From Desulfatiglandales bacterium (GTDB lineage: Bacteria; Desulfobacterota; DSM-4660; Desulfatiglandales; Desulfatiglandaceae): DNA of 64,000 nt. This document shows positions 51,613 through 60,918 of this stretch, piece after piece. The stretch is from assembly GCA_963662465.1 (NCBI GenBank), contig OY759599.1, forward strand, positions 64,001 to 128,000. The letters run 5' to 3'. The stretch's first letter is position 1. Each line of letters begins with the position of its first letter. The position numbers were made by a program, and so were the translations under genes. A model generated the notes under the pieces. That model made no database searches. It was not told where the DNA came from and saw only the letters and a program-made list of their open reading frames with translations.

Positions 51613-51953
51613 AGCGCGGAATTCCGGAACGCAGCGATATCCTGCATCTCGATCTTGATCCTGCGCTGGGAAAGGAGCAGCAGGGGCAGCGTTATGTACT
51701 GGTCCTCACCATCTCCGATTTCAACCGTTTTGGGTTGGCGTTGGTTGCCCCTATTACGTTGGGCGGTCAGTTTGCCCGCGAGAACGGTTTCACTGTATCG
51801 ATGATGGGATCGGGTACGAATACTCAGGGCGTTGTACTCTGCAACCAGGTACGGATGCTTGATTTCAAAAAACGCAATGCAAAGGCCATTGAATCGGCGC
51901 CTGAAATCGTTATGGATAATGTCCTGGCTCGAGTCAGGGCATTACTGGAATAG
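51609..51953 (+). CDS. PemK/ChpB/MazF-family toxin
   Basis: LDPALGKEQQG, VAPIT, GVVLCNQVRMLD. Confidence 0.92.
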   Translation: MKRGIPERSDILHLDLDPALGKEQQGQRYVLVLTISDFNRFGLALVAPITLGGQFARENGFTVSMMGSGTNTQGVVLCNQVRMLDFKKRNAKAIESAPEIVMDNVLARVRALLE

Positions 51954-51991
51954 CCATTTTTTCCGCGCAATATAGAAATAGGGGAGTGGAT

Positions 51992-52270
51992 ATGGATGCA
52001 CATCGACTTAGAGATGAAAAACATGGCGGGTATTGGCTCATGATTCTTGGGTGCCCTTTACCGGGAAAGCATGACCTGAAAGACCCTTTGGCCGGATTGA
52101 GCGGGCCGTCATTTGCCACCTGTGCCACATGCGAAAATCAGGTCGGGGAAGATGTTGCGCTTGGTGGTGCGGATGGAGATTATAACGGAGCGGAACTCTT
52201 CCCTGATCGACTGACGTGCTTAATTGAAACCAAAGCCGATCCACAGATTACGCAGATTGACGCAGATTAA
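51992..52270 (+). CDS. Hypothetical Cys-containing protein ending in a 9-mer repeat
   Basis: ORF with GGAG upstream; CATCEN; tail DPQITQIDAD is repeat-derived. Confidence 0.4.
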   Translation: MDAHRLRDEKHGGYWLMILGCPLPGKHDLKDPLAGLSGPSFATCATCENQVGEDVALGGADGDYNGAELFPDRLTCLIETKADPQITQIDAD

Positions 52271-52434
52271 TTGTTTCGCGTAAGGCGCTGATAAGGAGGA
52301 AATAGAAGATAGGAAAGGGAAATAGGAAAGGATAGAAGGTCAGAGATCCACCCCAGACCGGTGGTCCGGGGTCAGGGGTCGGGAATCGGGGGGAGGACTA
52401 GGGGTCAGTAGCCGGTGGTCAGGGAGGGAAGGGG

Positions 52435-52524
52435 ATGGTTGCTAAATCGGCGAAAGATTTGCGGGTTTATAAGAAGGCATATGCGTTGGCTATGGCGATA
52501 TTCCATTCCGAGCAATACCACTGA
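52435..52524 (+). pseudogene. 5' stub of a second four-helix-bundle subfamily gene
   Basis: MVAKSAKDLRVYKKAYALAMAIF; preceded by GGTCAGG-type heptamers. Confidence 0.7.
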
Positions 52525-52526
52525 AG

Positions 52527-52772
52527 TCAGGCGTCAGCCTTCTCTGAAAGCCACTCATTTATGAGTGCTTCTTCTGGTTTTCTTAACATTTTTGCCTTGT
52601 TTGTGATTTGGGCATACAAGTCCTTATTGATCCCAACGTATCTTTTTTTCTTCAATGAAAATTTAATTTCACTAACCTCCTTGACATCGTGGAATTCCCC
52701 AAAGTCGTGTTCATCCCAGAAGTCAGAGGCGTCATAAATGGATATGTCGTCAAAATTCCTATTTTTTCCCAT
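52527..52772 (-). CDS. BrnA/CopG-like antitoxin
   Basis: ASDFWDEHDF, EALINEWLSEK. Confidence 0.8.
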   Translation of the reverse strand: MGKNRNFDDISIYDASDFWDEHDFGEFHDVKEVSEIKFSLKKKRYVGINKDLYAQITNKAKMLRKPEEALINEWLSEKADA

Positions 52773-53047
52773 AACGTCCCCTTTCGCTGCTATTCATACC
52801 CCTTGCGGTCACTATTAGGGCCTTGTTTCCGAGTTTTTTGATAAAGAAAACGGATAAATAACGACCTGATTCGGTTCTGCCGAGGGCATTGTACAAATCC
52901 TCTCCTTCTACTTTGCCCTTTTCCTTCCGGAATATTCTGCAACCGCCGGACAAGATGTCCTTCACCTCAGATGGCAAAAATATTATGCTTCCATGCAAGC
53001 TTCTCGACTATTCTTTCCAGCCGGATTATATCTTCTATAATAAACAA
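52759..53047 (-). pseudogene. BrnT-like toxin, frameshifted
   Basis: IVEKLAWKHNI|LPSEV..ALGRTESGRYL..IVTARGM; one extra base in a homopolymer at about 52976-52980. Confidence 0.8.
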
Positions 53048-53135
53048 ATTTTAACTCATCTTATCAAAACAAGTAAGAAATTAGGTAGAAAAGTCTTCAG
53101 ATGATATAGGCAGAATTTGTGGCTCAGGTCAAGAC

Positions 53136-53309
53136 CTAATTACTTGTAGGATGTCCGCTAATCAAACTTATGGCGGTGCCTTCTCCAGCGCAGGGATCAA
53201 TAACCCTTATAAGGCCTTCCTGCTTTCGATTTATGTATCTGGCTATGATTGGCGTTACTTTATTTGGCGTTGGGTAGAATCCCATCTTTGCCTGTGCTGT
53301 TAATCTCAT
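53136..53309 (-). pseudogene. N-terminal stub of a DNA methyltransferase-like (DUF6094-type) gene
   Basis: KMGFYPTP, DPCAGEG, then a stop. Confidence 0.7.
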
Positions 53310-53393
53310 TTCATCCTCCATAAAAAAAGGGTCTCCTGTAATACAGGAAACCCTCTTAGGTTGATTGATAGTGTTTGTTCTTAACTGCTGTCT

Positions 53394-53543
53394 TTAATCA
53401 ATTAGCTCAAATTCATTTTCGCATTTCAAACAGACCGCTTTGAAATCTTTGACCGCTACACGAATGTTTGTGCATCCGCATGACCATTTCTTAAGATTGG
53501 ATTTGCCTTTCCTTCTCGCATTTGTCTGAAATATCTTTCGCAT
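53394..53543 (-). CDS. 49-aa zinc-ribbon protein, not in the ORF track
   Basis: AGGAGG RBS; MRKIFQTNARRKGKSNLKKWSCGCTNIRVAVKDFKAVCLKCENEFELID. Confidence 0.65.
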   Translation of the reverse strand: MRKIFQTNARRKGKSNLKKWSCGCTNIRVAVKDFKAVCLKCENEFELID

Positions 53544-53564
53544 GATTGCCTCCTTTCTATTTGC

Positions 53565-54032
53565 TTATGAAAATGTATCAACAAAAAAACCTTGCCAATT
53601 TGGAAGGAGGGATTCCCTCATTCCCCCAAATGGAAGAGTAAATTGATGAAAAACTTCATCCTTTCCTTTCTCATGGTGAACCTTGACAGGCACACTGATT
53701 TTGATTGCATATTCAATCTCATATTTTGTTCCACCTGCGTAACCATCAGCTGCACTAAGGAAAGCGTGAATCAAATCACATTTCTCAACCAGCTCTTTGT
53801 TTCGTTGGTAATACCTTTCGGCGACATCAAATTTTGAACGAATGTTTGTTAAGTCAGGAGTATAAACAAGAACTTCCATTTTTCTTGACCGCGCATAATG
53901 CTGTGACCATGAGCAAACACCTTTGCAGTTGCTAGTGACAATTGTTGATTCTTCTGAGAGCGACAGAACCAATCTTTTGACCGATTTTTGACATTTATAT
54001 TTCCTTGCCCCAACAATACCCACATGAGCCAT
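53565..54032 (-). CDS. SLOG/DprA-like Rossmannoid protein
   Basis: VGIVGAR, YYQRNKELV, AGGTKYEI. Confidence 0.7.
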   Translation of the reverse strand: MAHVGIVGARKYKCQKSVKRLVLSLSEESTIVTSNCKGVCSWSQHYARSRKMEVLVYTPDLTNIRSKFDVAERYYQRNKELVEKCDLIHAFLSAADGYAGGTKYEIEYAIKISVPVKVHHEKGKDEVFHQFTLPFGGMRESLLPNWQGFFVDTFS

Positions 54033-54125
54033 AACACCCTCCTTTCCAACAAAAAGGCCCTCCTGGAATTGAATCCCAAGAGAGCCTTTGAGTTTGGTTA
54101 AAATTAAATGTTTGTTATGCTGTTG

Positions 54126-54539
54126 CTATGTTGCGAATGTCACATTGCACCCTTTGAAACTGATTTCCCAATCACTGAGTTTTCCGTCAGATGAAAATCC
54201 CTGACTTAACCAGATCCCTCCGTTAAAAACCTCTGGGTGATGCTTGGTGTCAAAGTCAATGAACAACTGGCAGATCCATCTCCAAAACCTTTTTCCGATT
54301 TTAGGAGAATAGGTGATCTTGTCTATCCGGTCCCAATCTGGAAGGACGAGCCTGTAGAGGGCTATCAATACATCTCCTTGCTGTTCGTGTTTCTCAAACA
54401 AACTTTTGATGTGATCCTTCATCTTCTCTGGACTGTTGAGTTTCAGCTCACGAAATTTATCCTGGCATCGCTTCTCAAGATAGCTGTTGTCTGCCTGTAA
54501 GATTTTGACTGTACTTGTGTTCGTGTTTGTAGTTTCCAT
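54126..54539 (-). CDS. Hypothetical protein
   Basis: ORF with GGAGG RBS. Confidence 0.6.
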   Translation of the reverse strand: METTNTNTSTVKILQADNSYLEKRCQDKFRELKLNSPEKMKDHIKSLFEKHEQQGDVLIALYRLVLPDWDRIDKITYSPKIGKRFWRWICQLFIDFDTKHHPEVFNGGIWLSQGFSSDGKLSDWEISFKGCNVTFAT

Positions 54540-54757
54540 TATTGAATCCCTCCTTGATTTTCTAATTTTGGGTTGAAAATACATTCTTTGCATCGTGTTT
54601 TATCCCTGCATTTCTCACACACTTTCTTATGGTCAACTGTCATGCCAACATGGTCAAAGACCCTCTCAATTGCTTTGGTCATTGGAACCTCTAAAGCCCA
54701 GGCGATACGCCTTAAGGTGCAGCTATGCCTCTGACTGAGTTCAGGTGTGTATGCCAT
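54539..54757 (-). CDS. Hypothetical protein with CxxC motifs
   Basis: MAYTPELS..LRRIAWAL..CEKC..CKEC; GAGG RBS. Confidence 0.65.
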   Translation of the reverse strand: MAYTPELSQRHSCTLRRIAWALEVPMTKAIERVFDHVGMTVDHKKVCEKCRDKTRCKECIFNPKLENQGGIQ

Positions 54758-54800
54758 TTTCCACCTCTCTATTTTTGCTTGATTTGAAAGATCTGATGGG

Positions 54801-55314
54801 TTAGTGAATCGATAGGAATTGGTTGAACTTCTGATTGATTTCTTCCATTATTCCGTTGTCTGCAAAGCTGTAATACGAATCGCCTACAATAATATGATCC
54901 AGGAGATTGGCATCTATTGCTTTGAAAGCAAAAGCCAGTTTCAGAGTAAGGCTCCTCCTCTCTTGAGGGTTGAGGATCGCCTGATGGGTGATTATAGCTG
55001 ATGACAACTGAGCCTGCCTTATATTTGAGAGCCAATTTGATAAGTTCCCTTGGATATATGGCGGCAGATGTTAATGAGCCTGATGCTACCTTATCTATTG
55101 ATTTGATATTGTTCTTGTTGTCCATGAAGATGCAGTACATCTGCTCAACATCATCCAACTTTGCAAATATCGGTTTCATTACATGAAAAACCTCTGTTGA
55201 GCTTTTAAGATACTGGCCCTTGGATTCCTTAAAGACCATTCTTGCGAATTTGCCTGATGTCAAATCCTTCCAGAACGCTTTTTCCGTCTTTTCAAAAAAA
55301 CAAAGCTGTTGCAT
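54801..55314 (-). pseudogene. radC: RadC/JAB-domain protein, frameshifted
   Basis: IYPRELIK, YNHPSGDPQPS (first His lost), LLDHIIVG in another frame. Confidence 0.85.
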
Positions 55315-55333
55315 GGTGTTTTCTCCTTTCCTT

Positions 55334-55684
55334 TTACTCAAAATATGGCATGAGCCTTCGGATGATGGTATACGGTGCCAGGTCAAGCCCTTTCTTTCCT
55401 ATGGCATCGTCAACCTGATGGCTGTCTATGAACACATCTCCGGTTTGTTCATCGCCTTTGAAAATCTCAAGGCTGATGTAACCTAAGCCGAAGTGCTGTG
55501 AGAGGATGAAAGTCTCGCCTGCTTCACGATATGCGTAAATGTCATCACTGTAGCCGGCGCCAATCTTATGTTTGTGATTTCCGGTTTTGTCTCTGAAAAT
55601 TACTTCCAGTGATGGGTTCATCCTTCCAGCTTCGTGCATGTCTTCCCATGATTCTTTCTCAAGCCTGAAATTGACTTTTCGCAT
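55334..55684 (-). CDS. Hypothetical protein
   Basis: AGGAGG RBS; overlaps the end of the upstream gene. Confidence 0.6.
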   Translation of the reverse strand: MRKVNFRLEKESWEDMHEAGRMNPSLEVIFRDKTGNHKHKIGAGYSDDIYAYREAGETFILSQHFGLGYISLEIFKGDEQTGDVFIDSHQVDDAIGKKGLDLAPYTIIRRLMPYFE

Positions 55685-56453
55685 GGCTTCCTCCTTGCAG
55701 TATGGTGTTGAGGACTTTTTCAGTTTCACTGAGGACTCTGAGACAGGCATTGTAAGGTTTGAGGTTCACCTTCTTTGCGTATCGCTCGATATAGTCATAA
55801 GTGTTTCCGAGAGTTTCCTTTGCACGTTTTCCAACCAATCGGCAAAGTGCCTGAGCTGATAATTCCGCAATGATTTCCTGTAACGGATCTTGACCAGCTT
55901 TCAGTTTGCCTTTGACTTTTTCATGGGATGCATGGGCAAGTTCGTGGAAGAAAGTTTTCTCTTCGGGTGTTGCAAGGGCTATTTCATGCCTGCCCGGGGA
56001 ATAGTATCCTCTGTATAGGTAATTCCCTGGTATCGCATTGACTGAGATCCCCCAACTTTCGGCGGTTTCGATCAAAGGGAAAGTCGGTAATTTGACGTTC
56101 TCATGGTCGAGCTTTTCACCTTCAGTGTCTTCAAATCGGAAAACAGGCGTTGGTTTGAAATACCTGAGTTCCTCTTCTTCGCCGGAGCCATCAACTTTTC
56201 TTGTGAAACATGGCACAAGGATGTAGATCGCCGTTGAACCCTTTTTCACCCAACGATTGACATCTTTCCATTGGCGAAACCCTCTCGCATCTCCAGTACC
56301 TGAGATGAACATCAAGGTACGGTTGGTGAAAGACCAGTTGGCACTGGGTGTGTCTGGAATTGGAAAAGTGGCAAGTGCCACAGCTTCAGGAATATCACCA
56401 GACTTGAATTTGCCGATTATCGTGTTGAGTACATTCTTGACTTTATCATTCAT
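55659..56453 (-). CDS. ArdC-like antirestriction / ssDNA-binding protein with zincin motif
   Basis: WSFTN, GFRQW, VKKGS, FHELAH, EIIAE. Confidence 0.8.
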   Translation of the reverse strand: MNDKVKNVLNTIIGKFKSGDIPEAVALATFPIPDTPSANWSFTNRTLMFISGTGDARGFRQWKDVNRWVKKGSTAIYILVPCFTRKVDGSGEEEELRYFKPTPVFRFEDTEGEKLDHENVKLPTFPLIETAESWGISVNAIPGNYLYRGYYSPGRHEIALATPEEKTFFHELAHASHEKVKGKLKAGQDPLQEIIAELSAQALCRLVGKRAKETLGNTYDYIERYAKKVNLKPYNACLRVLSETEKVLNTILQGGSHAKSQFQA

Positions 56454-56594
56454 TTTTTACCTCCTTAGAAATCAAAAAAGCCTTTCTGGGTGTTGGCCCA
56501 GAAAGGCTTTGATGTTCTGTTTAAAATTAAATATTTATATAGTTAATTTAGAATTATACTTTGGCTGACTTCTTCACGTGTCCATCTACAAGCC

Positions 56595-56654
56595 CTACGG
56601 ATCATAGAGCTTTGGTATTTTTGCCAGTCTTTCTTTTGTCGGTTGATTCCACAT
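56595..56654 (-). pseudogene. Stub of a DUF2958-like gene
   Basis: AGGAGG then MWNQPTKERLAKIPKLYDP*. Confidence 0.4.
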
Positions 56655-56799
56655 TTTTAATACCTCCTTTGGCTCAAATTATGAGCCTCTGCATAGGAAG
56701 GCTCATGTTAATGCTGATCCGCTTTCCTACCCTCTCTTCATTCTCCTTTGCTTAAGCTTCTTGTAAATTGCTGCATGAGTGGCCAAAGATCGAGCCGGC

Positions 56800-57006
56800 C
56801 TACAAGGTGTACTCTTCTATCCGTGAATAATCGAAATTCTCGACCTCTGCTTCAGCATTCTGCTTTTCGAGGTCGGTTTTCTGGACCACAGGTCCGTCTA
56901 CCGGAACTATCCTGAAGGATCGCACAGAAAAAAATAATGGCTGTTTTTTCGAATCGTCCGTTCCGATTCGAAAAAGGCTTTGCGGCCTTCGCGACTTGCG
57001 GTTCAA
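56800..57006 (-). pseudogene. Fragment paralogous to the C-terminus of 60161..60676
   Basis: PVVQKTDLEKQNAEAEVENF versus PVIQRADIEKQNAESEIENF. Confidence 0.6.
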
Positions 57007-57029
57007 TTTAAATGAAGTTTCAAACGAGG

Positions 57030-57902
57030 TTAACTCATCACAATCCTTCGCCGGGGCCTTGAAAGCATCTCATCCATTGCATTTTCCACTTCTGCCATGC
57101 CGTCCCGAATCTGTTCTTTCAACTGATTGTTGGAGCGGATGACATCGGCTGTTTTGCCCCCAAGAACGGCCCTGGCCCGATCAACCAGTTCAGTCAGTTC
57201 ACTATCATTGAAGATATTCCGGGCTTTGAACGTCTCAAAAAACGCATAAAAGTTATTGATGGTACCGTTTTTGAATACCTTGGGTTTGGTATTTCCACCG
57301 TTGGTAAATCGGTCGGTAATCCTTTCAATCATCCCGGAAAACTCCTCCCTGAGCGACATTACCGCCAGTTCGCGGGCATCCTCCATGGTTTGAACAAACT
57401 TCTGTTTTTCCCGTTCATACACCTCCGGTGAAAGCACACCGGTTCTGCCGTTTGGAACATCGAGATTGATGAACCTCCAGGCAAAGGAAAACTTGCCCGC
57501 GATATCCACCGGATAATCCGTTTCGTTGAAAAGGTCCCCGAGATAGACCATGGCTGTTTCTCGCAGTCGCTCGTAACGATCCATGAAATCGGCCACTTTG
57601 TTTTCGAAATCCAATTGAAATATGCGCAGTTGATCATCCACTTTCGAAATCATCTCCTTGGGAACGAAAACCATGCCGTTGATGGGAAATGGCAGGCTTA
57701 CGCCTGAAAGATAGCCGCGAGCGGCATTGGCCACTTTCTGGATCGGTTTGAGCGCACAGGGATCAATCAACTTCTTCTGCGTGCTGAGCCACTCGTTGGC
57801 AGCAGCCATGTTCGAAATCTGTTCGGTTTTGATTTTGCGCCTTGCGCCCCACACACTGGTGGAAAGTTGAATCAAACATCCCATTTCAAATATGTTTTCC
57901 AT
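57030..57902 (-). CDS. DUF3150-like coiled-coil protein
   Basis: LSTSVWGAR, KKLIDP, PFPING..FVP, DYP. Confidence 0.65.
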   Translation of the reverse strand: MENIFEMGCLIQLSTSVWGARRKIKTEQISNMAAANEWLSTQKKLIDPCALKPIQKVANAARGYLSGVSLPFPINGMVFVPKEMISKVDDQLRIFQLDFENKVADFMDRYERLRETAMVYLGDLFNETDYPVDIAGKFSFAWRFINLDVPNGRTGVLSPEVYEREKQKFVQTMEDARELAVMSLREEFSGMIERITDRFTNGGNTKPKVFKNGTINNFYAFFETFKARNIFNDSELTELVDRARAVLGGKTADVIRSNNQLKEQIRDGMAEVENAMDEMLSRPRRRIVMS

Positions 57903-57987
57903 TGGGTCTCTCCTTAGGGCAGCGGCATCCATAAGAGGATGCGCTGCTCGATAAATTGTTTATTGATTTTTTTTTGAAAGTTGCGAT

Positions 57988-58185
57988 TTAGCCGCAAAGG
58001 GGCAAGTACTTCTTGGCAAGGGTTTGGTTTTCCTGCCAGTAGGTAGGCGTCAGGGATTTTTCGGTTTCCTTGCCCAGCAGTTTTTTGAGGAATTCGGATT
58101 CAGTGATGCAACCCTTTCCCTTGAACCCCCGGGTTTCGATTTTGATTTCGCCATCATTTTTGATTTCGACAACAATCTCTTTCAT
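57988..58185 (-). CDS. DUF2997 protein
   Basis: GEIKIETRGFKGKGC. Confidence 0.8.
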   Translation of the reverse strand: MKEIVVEIKNDGEIKIETRGFKGKGCITESEFLKKLLGKETEKSLTPTYWQENQTLAKKYLPLCG

Positions 58186-58198
58186 TCTACACCTCCTT

Positions 58199-58573
58199 TC
58201 ATGATATCCTCACATGCAGTTTGATACTGTTTTCGGTCTTTCGTTCAAGAACGGAATATCCTTTTTTTCTGGCTTCGATCCTGGTTTTCATCACGGCGTA
58301 GGCCTGCTTGAGGAGACCTCCCTGGGAACCGATTACCTTTTCAAGGTTGCGGTCATAAAAGTCGCAGTTGAGCTCATAAAAATGATCCTTCCGGGTCACG
58401 CCGATCTCATAGTCTGCTCCCGGTACCTGGATGGTATGGTCACAGGGAGCTTCCTTTCCGTACCACCGGAAGGTTTTCTGGTTCCTGATCAGCTGCAAAC
58501 CAAGCTTTGAACACGCCTGGCCCAGGATCCCCAGATCCTTTACTTCCAATTCAATTTTGCTGATGTGCGACAT
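58199..58573 (-). CDS. DUF1257 (Ycf35-like) protein
   Basis: MSHISKI, YEIG, LKQAYA, KGYSV. Confidence 0.8.
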   Translation of the reverse strand: MSHISKIELEVKDLGILGQACSKLGLQLIRNQKTFRWYGKEAPCDHTIQVPGADYEIGVTRKDHFYELNCDFYDRNLEKVIGSQGGLLKQAYAVMKTRIEARKKGYSVLERKTENSIKLHVRIS

Positions 58574-58575
58574 GG

Positions 58576-59982
58576 CTATTTTATCCTCCGTACGCTCTTG
58601 GTTTGTCGCTCTTCGGGCATACTGGCGCGTCTTGCACGAGTCGTGGCCCACTGCTGCAAAGCACCGATTTCCTCTTTCATGGTTTTGGACAAGGGGACGA
58701 TGGTTTTGAGGGCCTCATCGAGACCATCAAAGAGGCTGTCCTTGGCCAGTTGCTCGATCTCAGCCCCTGTCCAACCGTTTAATTCATCCTCATACCCTTC
58801 CGGAATTTGGGTGCTGTATCGGTCGTTCATGATTCCCATTATTTCCAGCCGTTCTTTCCCGGTCGGAAGGTCCACGAAAAACATGGCGTCAAAGCGTCCT
58901 GCCCTCATAAATTCCGGGGGCAGATCCTTTATATTGTTGGCCGTGGCCATCACCAGGATCGGGCTTGTGGTTTCCTGCATCCAGGTTAAAAAGTGGCCAA
59001 ACATGGAAGCGGTGGTGCCCCCGTCCGTCTTTGATGACGATTTCACGCCGCCAAACACTTTATCGATTTCATCCAGCCAGACGACTGCTCTTCCAAAGGC
59101 TTCAATGGTCGCTGTGGCCTGCCGGATCTTTCGCTCGCTTTCCCCTACAAGGGACCCCTTTAACGAAGAGATATCCAGGCGGATCAGAGGCCAACCGAAA
59201 ATGGAAGCTGCCGCTTTACAGGAAAGAGACTTACCGGTACCCGGAATCCCCACCAACAAAAGAGCTTTGGGCCTGGGGAGATTCTCGTTCCCCGGTTCAA
59301 ACGCCTTTTTGCGGTTGGACAGGTACCGTTTCAAAAGATCCAGTCCACCCACCATGTCCACCGGGACCGGAGGCCAGAACTCCATGAGTCCGGTTCTTCG
59401 GATCATCTGCATCTTCTGCTGGGTGACAATGTCTGCACAGAACCTCTTTTTGAGTACGAGGCTCAGGGCAAAAGCGGTCTCGCTTTCAAACTCCGTGAGC
59501 CCCAGGGCCGCTTCTACCGCATTTTCAGACACATTTACGCCAACGCTTTCCCCAAGTTCCTGTTGGATCCGGCGTAGCTCATCAAGGGATGGGAGCCTGA
59601 AATCCAGGATGCTGAAAAACTTTTCGATCTCCTGGGGGAGCCTGACAGGAGGACCCACCATCACCAGACAGCACCCGGAAGCTTTCCACAGGGGGATGCT
59701 GTTCTGGATTTCCTGAATGATCTCCACGGAAGCGATAAAATGATGAAAATTTTGAACCATCAGAACCGTATCGCTCCTTTCCCCAAGCCACTTGACGGCG
59801 GCTAGGGGATCCAGCAGGTCTTCTACAATTCGGCCTGTCCCAGGTTCTGTGAGGCCTCTCAAACAGTCCCAACAAAAGCATTGCCAGGTCGCCGTTTCAA
59901 TCGAAGAGATAGCGCGCAAAGGTTCCTCGGTTTCAATGTAAAATCCGGGATAGCCAGCCTTCAGATAATTCTGTAAATCCAT
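58576..59982 (-). CDS. Ycf46-like AAA+ ATPase
   Basis: GIPGTGKS, WLDEIDK, ATAN, LPPEFMRAGRFD. Confidence 0.9.
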   Translation of the reverse strand: MDLQNYLKAGYPGFYIETEEPLRAISSIETATWQCFCWDCLRGLTEPGTGRIVEDLLDPLAAVKWLGERSDTVLMVQNFHHFIASVEIIQEIQNSIPLWKASGCCLVMVGPPVRLPQEIEKFFSILDFRLPSLDELRRIQQELGESVGVNVSENAVEAALGLTEFESETAFALSLVLKKRFCADIVTQQKMQMIRRTGLMEFWPPVPVDMVGGLDLLKRYLSNRKKAFEPGNENLPRPKALLLVGIPGTGKSLSCKAAASIFGWPLIRLDISSLKGSLVGESERKIRQATATIEAFGRAVVWLDEIDKVFGGVKSSSKTDGGTTASMFGHFLTWMQETTSPILVMATANNIKDLPPEFMRAGRFDAMFFVDLPTGKERLEIMGIMNDRYSTQIPEGYEDELNGWTGAEIEQLAKDSLFDGLDEALKTIVPLSKTMKEEIGALQQWATTRARRASMPEERQTKSVRRIK

Positions 59983-60160
59983 GATTTTCTCCTTTTAGAA
60001 TAAAAAAAGGGCCGACCCAGCGAATGCTGGAGCAGCCCTTTTTCGGGTTATGGGAAAAACCGAGATGTTTTCTCCTGTTATTTCCCTTTTAAAGCGGCAA
60101 GCTGCAACCAAAATGTCTCGCGCAAAGGCGCAAAGTTTTTTTGTTTTTTGTGACAGAAAA

Positions 60161-60676
60161 CTATGGAATAAGGCCTAAAATGTATTCTTCTACCAGGGTC
60201 TCGTTGAAATTTTCGATTTCGGATTCGGCATTTTGCTTTTCAATATCCGCCCTTTGAATAACGGGTGCGCTTACCGGCAACACCTGATAGAGTTTTAAAT
60301 GATTACCAAAATCTTTTCGCATAATTCCGAGATCCGATACCGCCTCAGCGGCATTGACGTAACCCAGCGGGTCGTCGGGTGATGCCACCATGAACCCGAG
60401 ACGGTGCTCCGGGTTCCCGATGATGAACAAGGATTTAACGCGTTCTTCCGAGACCTCCTCAATCAAAGGTTTGTTTTCCCTGAAATCATCGTCATCATCC
60501 AGGAAATGCTTGGCGTTTGCGATGAATCCTTCCCTGTTGTAAAGGGCGGCATCATCATGATCCGGATCCATGCTTTTTACATGAGCAGACAGTGCCCGAA
60601 TGGCCAGGCCCTGGTCCTCAAAAAAGATGGCATCTTCAATAATGCCCCTTGAAACGGTTATTAAAACCTGTGTCAT
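60161..60676 (-). CDS. Hypothetical protein
   Basis: AGGAGA RBS, 171-aa ORF. Confidence 0.65.
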   Translation of the reverse strand: MTQVLITVSRGIIEDAIFFEDQGLAIRALSAHVKSMDPDHDDAALYNREGFIANAKHFLDDDDDFRENKPLIEEVSEERVKSLFIIGNPEHRLGFMVASPDDPLGYVNAAEAVSDLGIMRKDFGNHLKLYQVLPVSAPVIQRADIEKQNAESEIENFNETLVEEYILGLIP

Positions 60677-60708
60677 CTGTTTCTCCTTTCATTATTTTCG
60701 GTTCCGTC

Positions 60709-60918
60709 TTAAAGGACAATCATGTCGATCATCCCTTCCACATGCCTCACCGTTATGAATTCCTTGAAATAGTCGGGCCTTTGCGGAAAGGCGGTATCAC
60801 TTTTCAGGTAGTTGACGATGTTCCGCATGGCCGTGTCATTGCTGACGCCTTTTTTCCTGGCAACGGACAGAAGCTTCTGCCGGTGCCTGTTCGAAATCAT
60901 GCTCCAGTATCCCTGCAT
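60709..60918 (-). CDS. Hypothetical protein
   Basis: GGAGG RBS, 69 aa. Confidence 0.5.
   Translation of the reverse strand: MQGYWSMISNRHRQKLLSVARKKGVSNDTAMRNIVNYLKSDTAFPQRPDYFKEFITVRHVEGMIDMIVL

Noticed and set aside
52970..52985. Programmed phase variation at homopolymer frameshifts (brnT-like, patatin start, IS3)
   Set aside because: Tracts are short and cannot be told apart from decay or sequencing error without reads.
27862..53047. Classical integron
   Set aside because: No IntI and no recognisable RYYYAAC..GTTRRRY attC sites by eye; a covariance search is needed to exclude this fully.
58565..59716. Long antisense ORFs (also 16966..17748, 35605..36411, 43133..43876)
   Set aside because: They are shadows of well-supported genes on the opposite strand.
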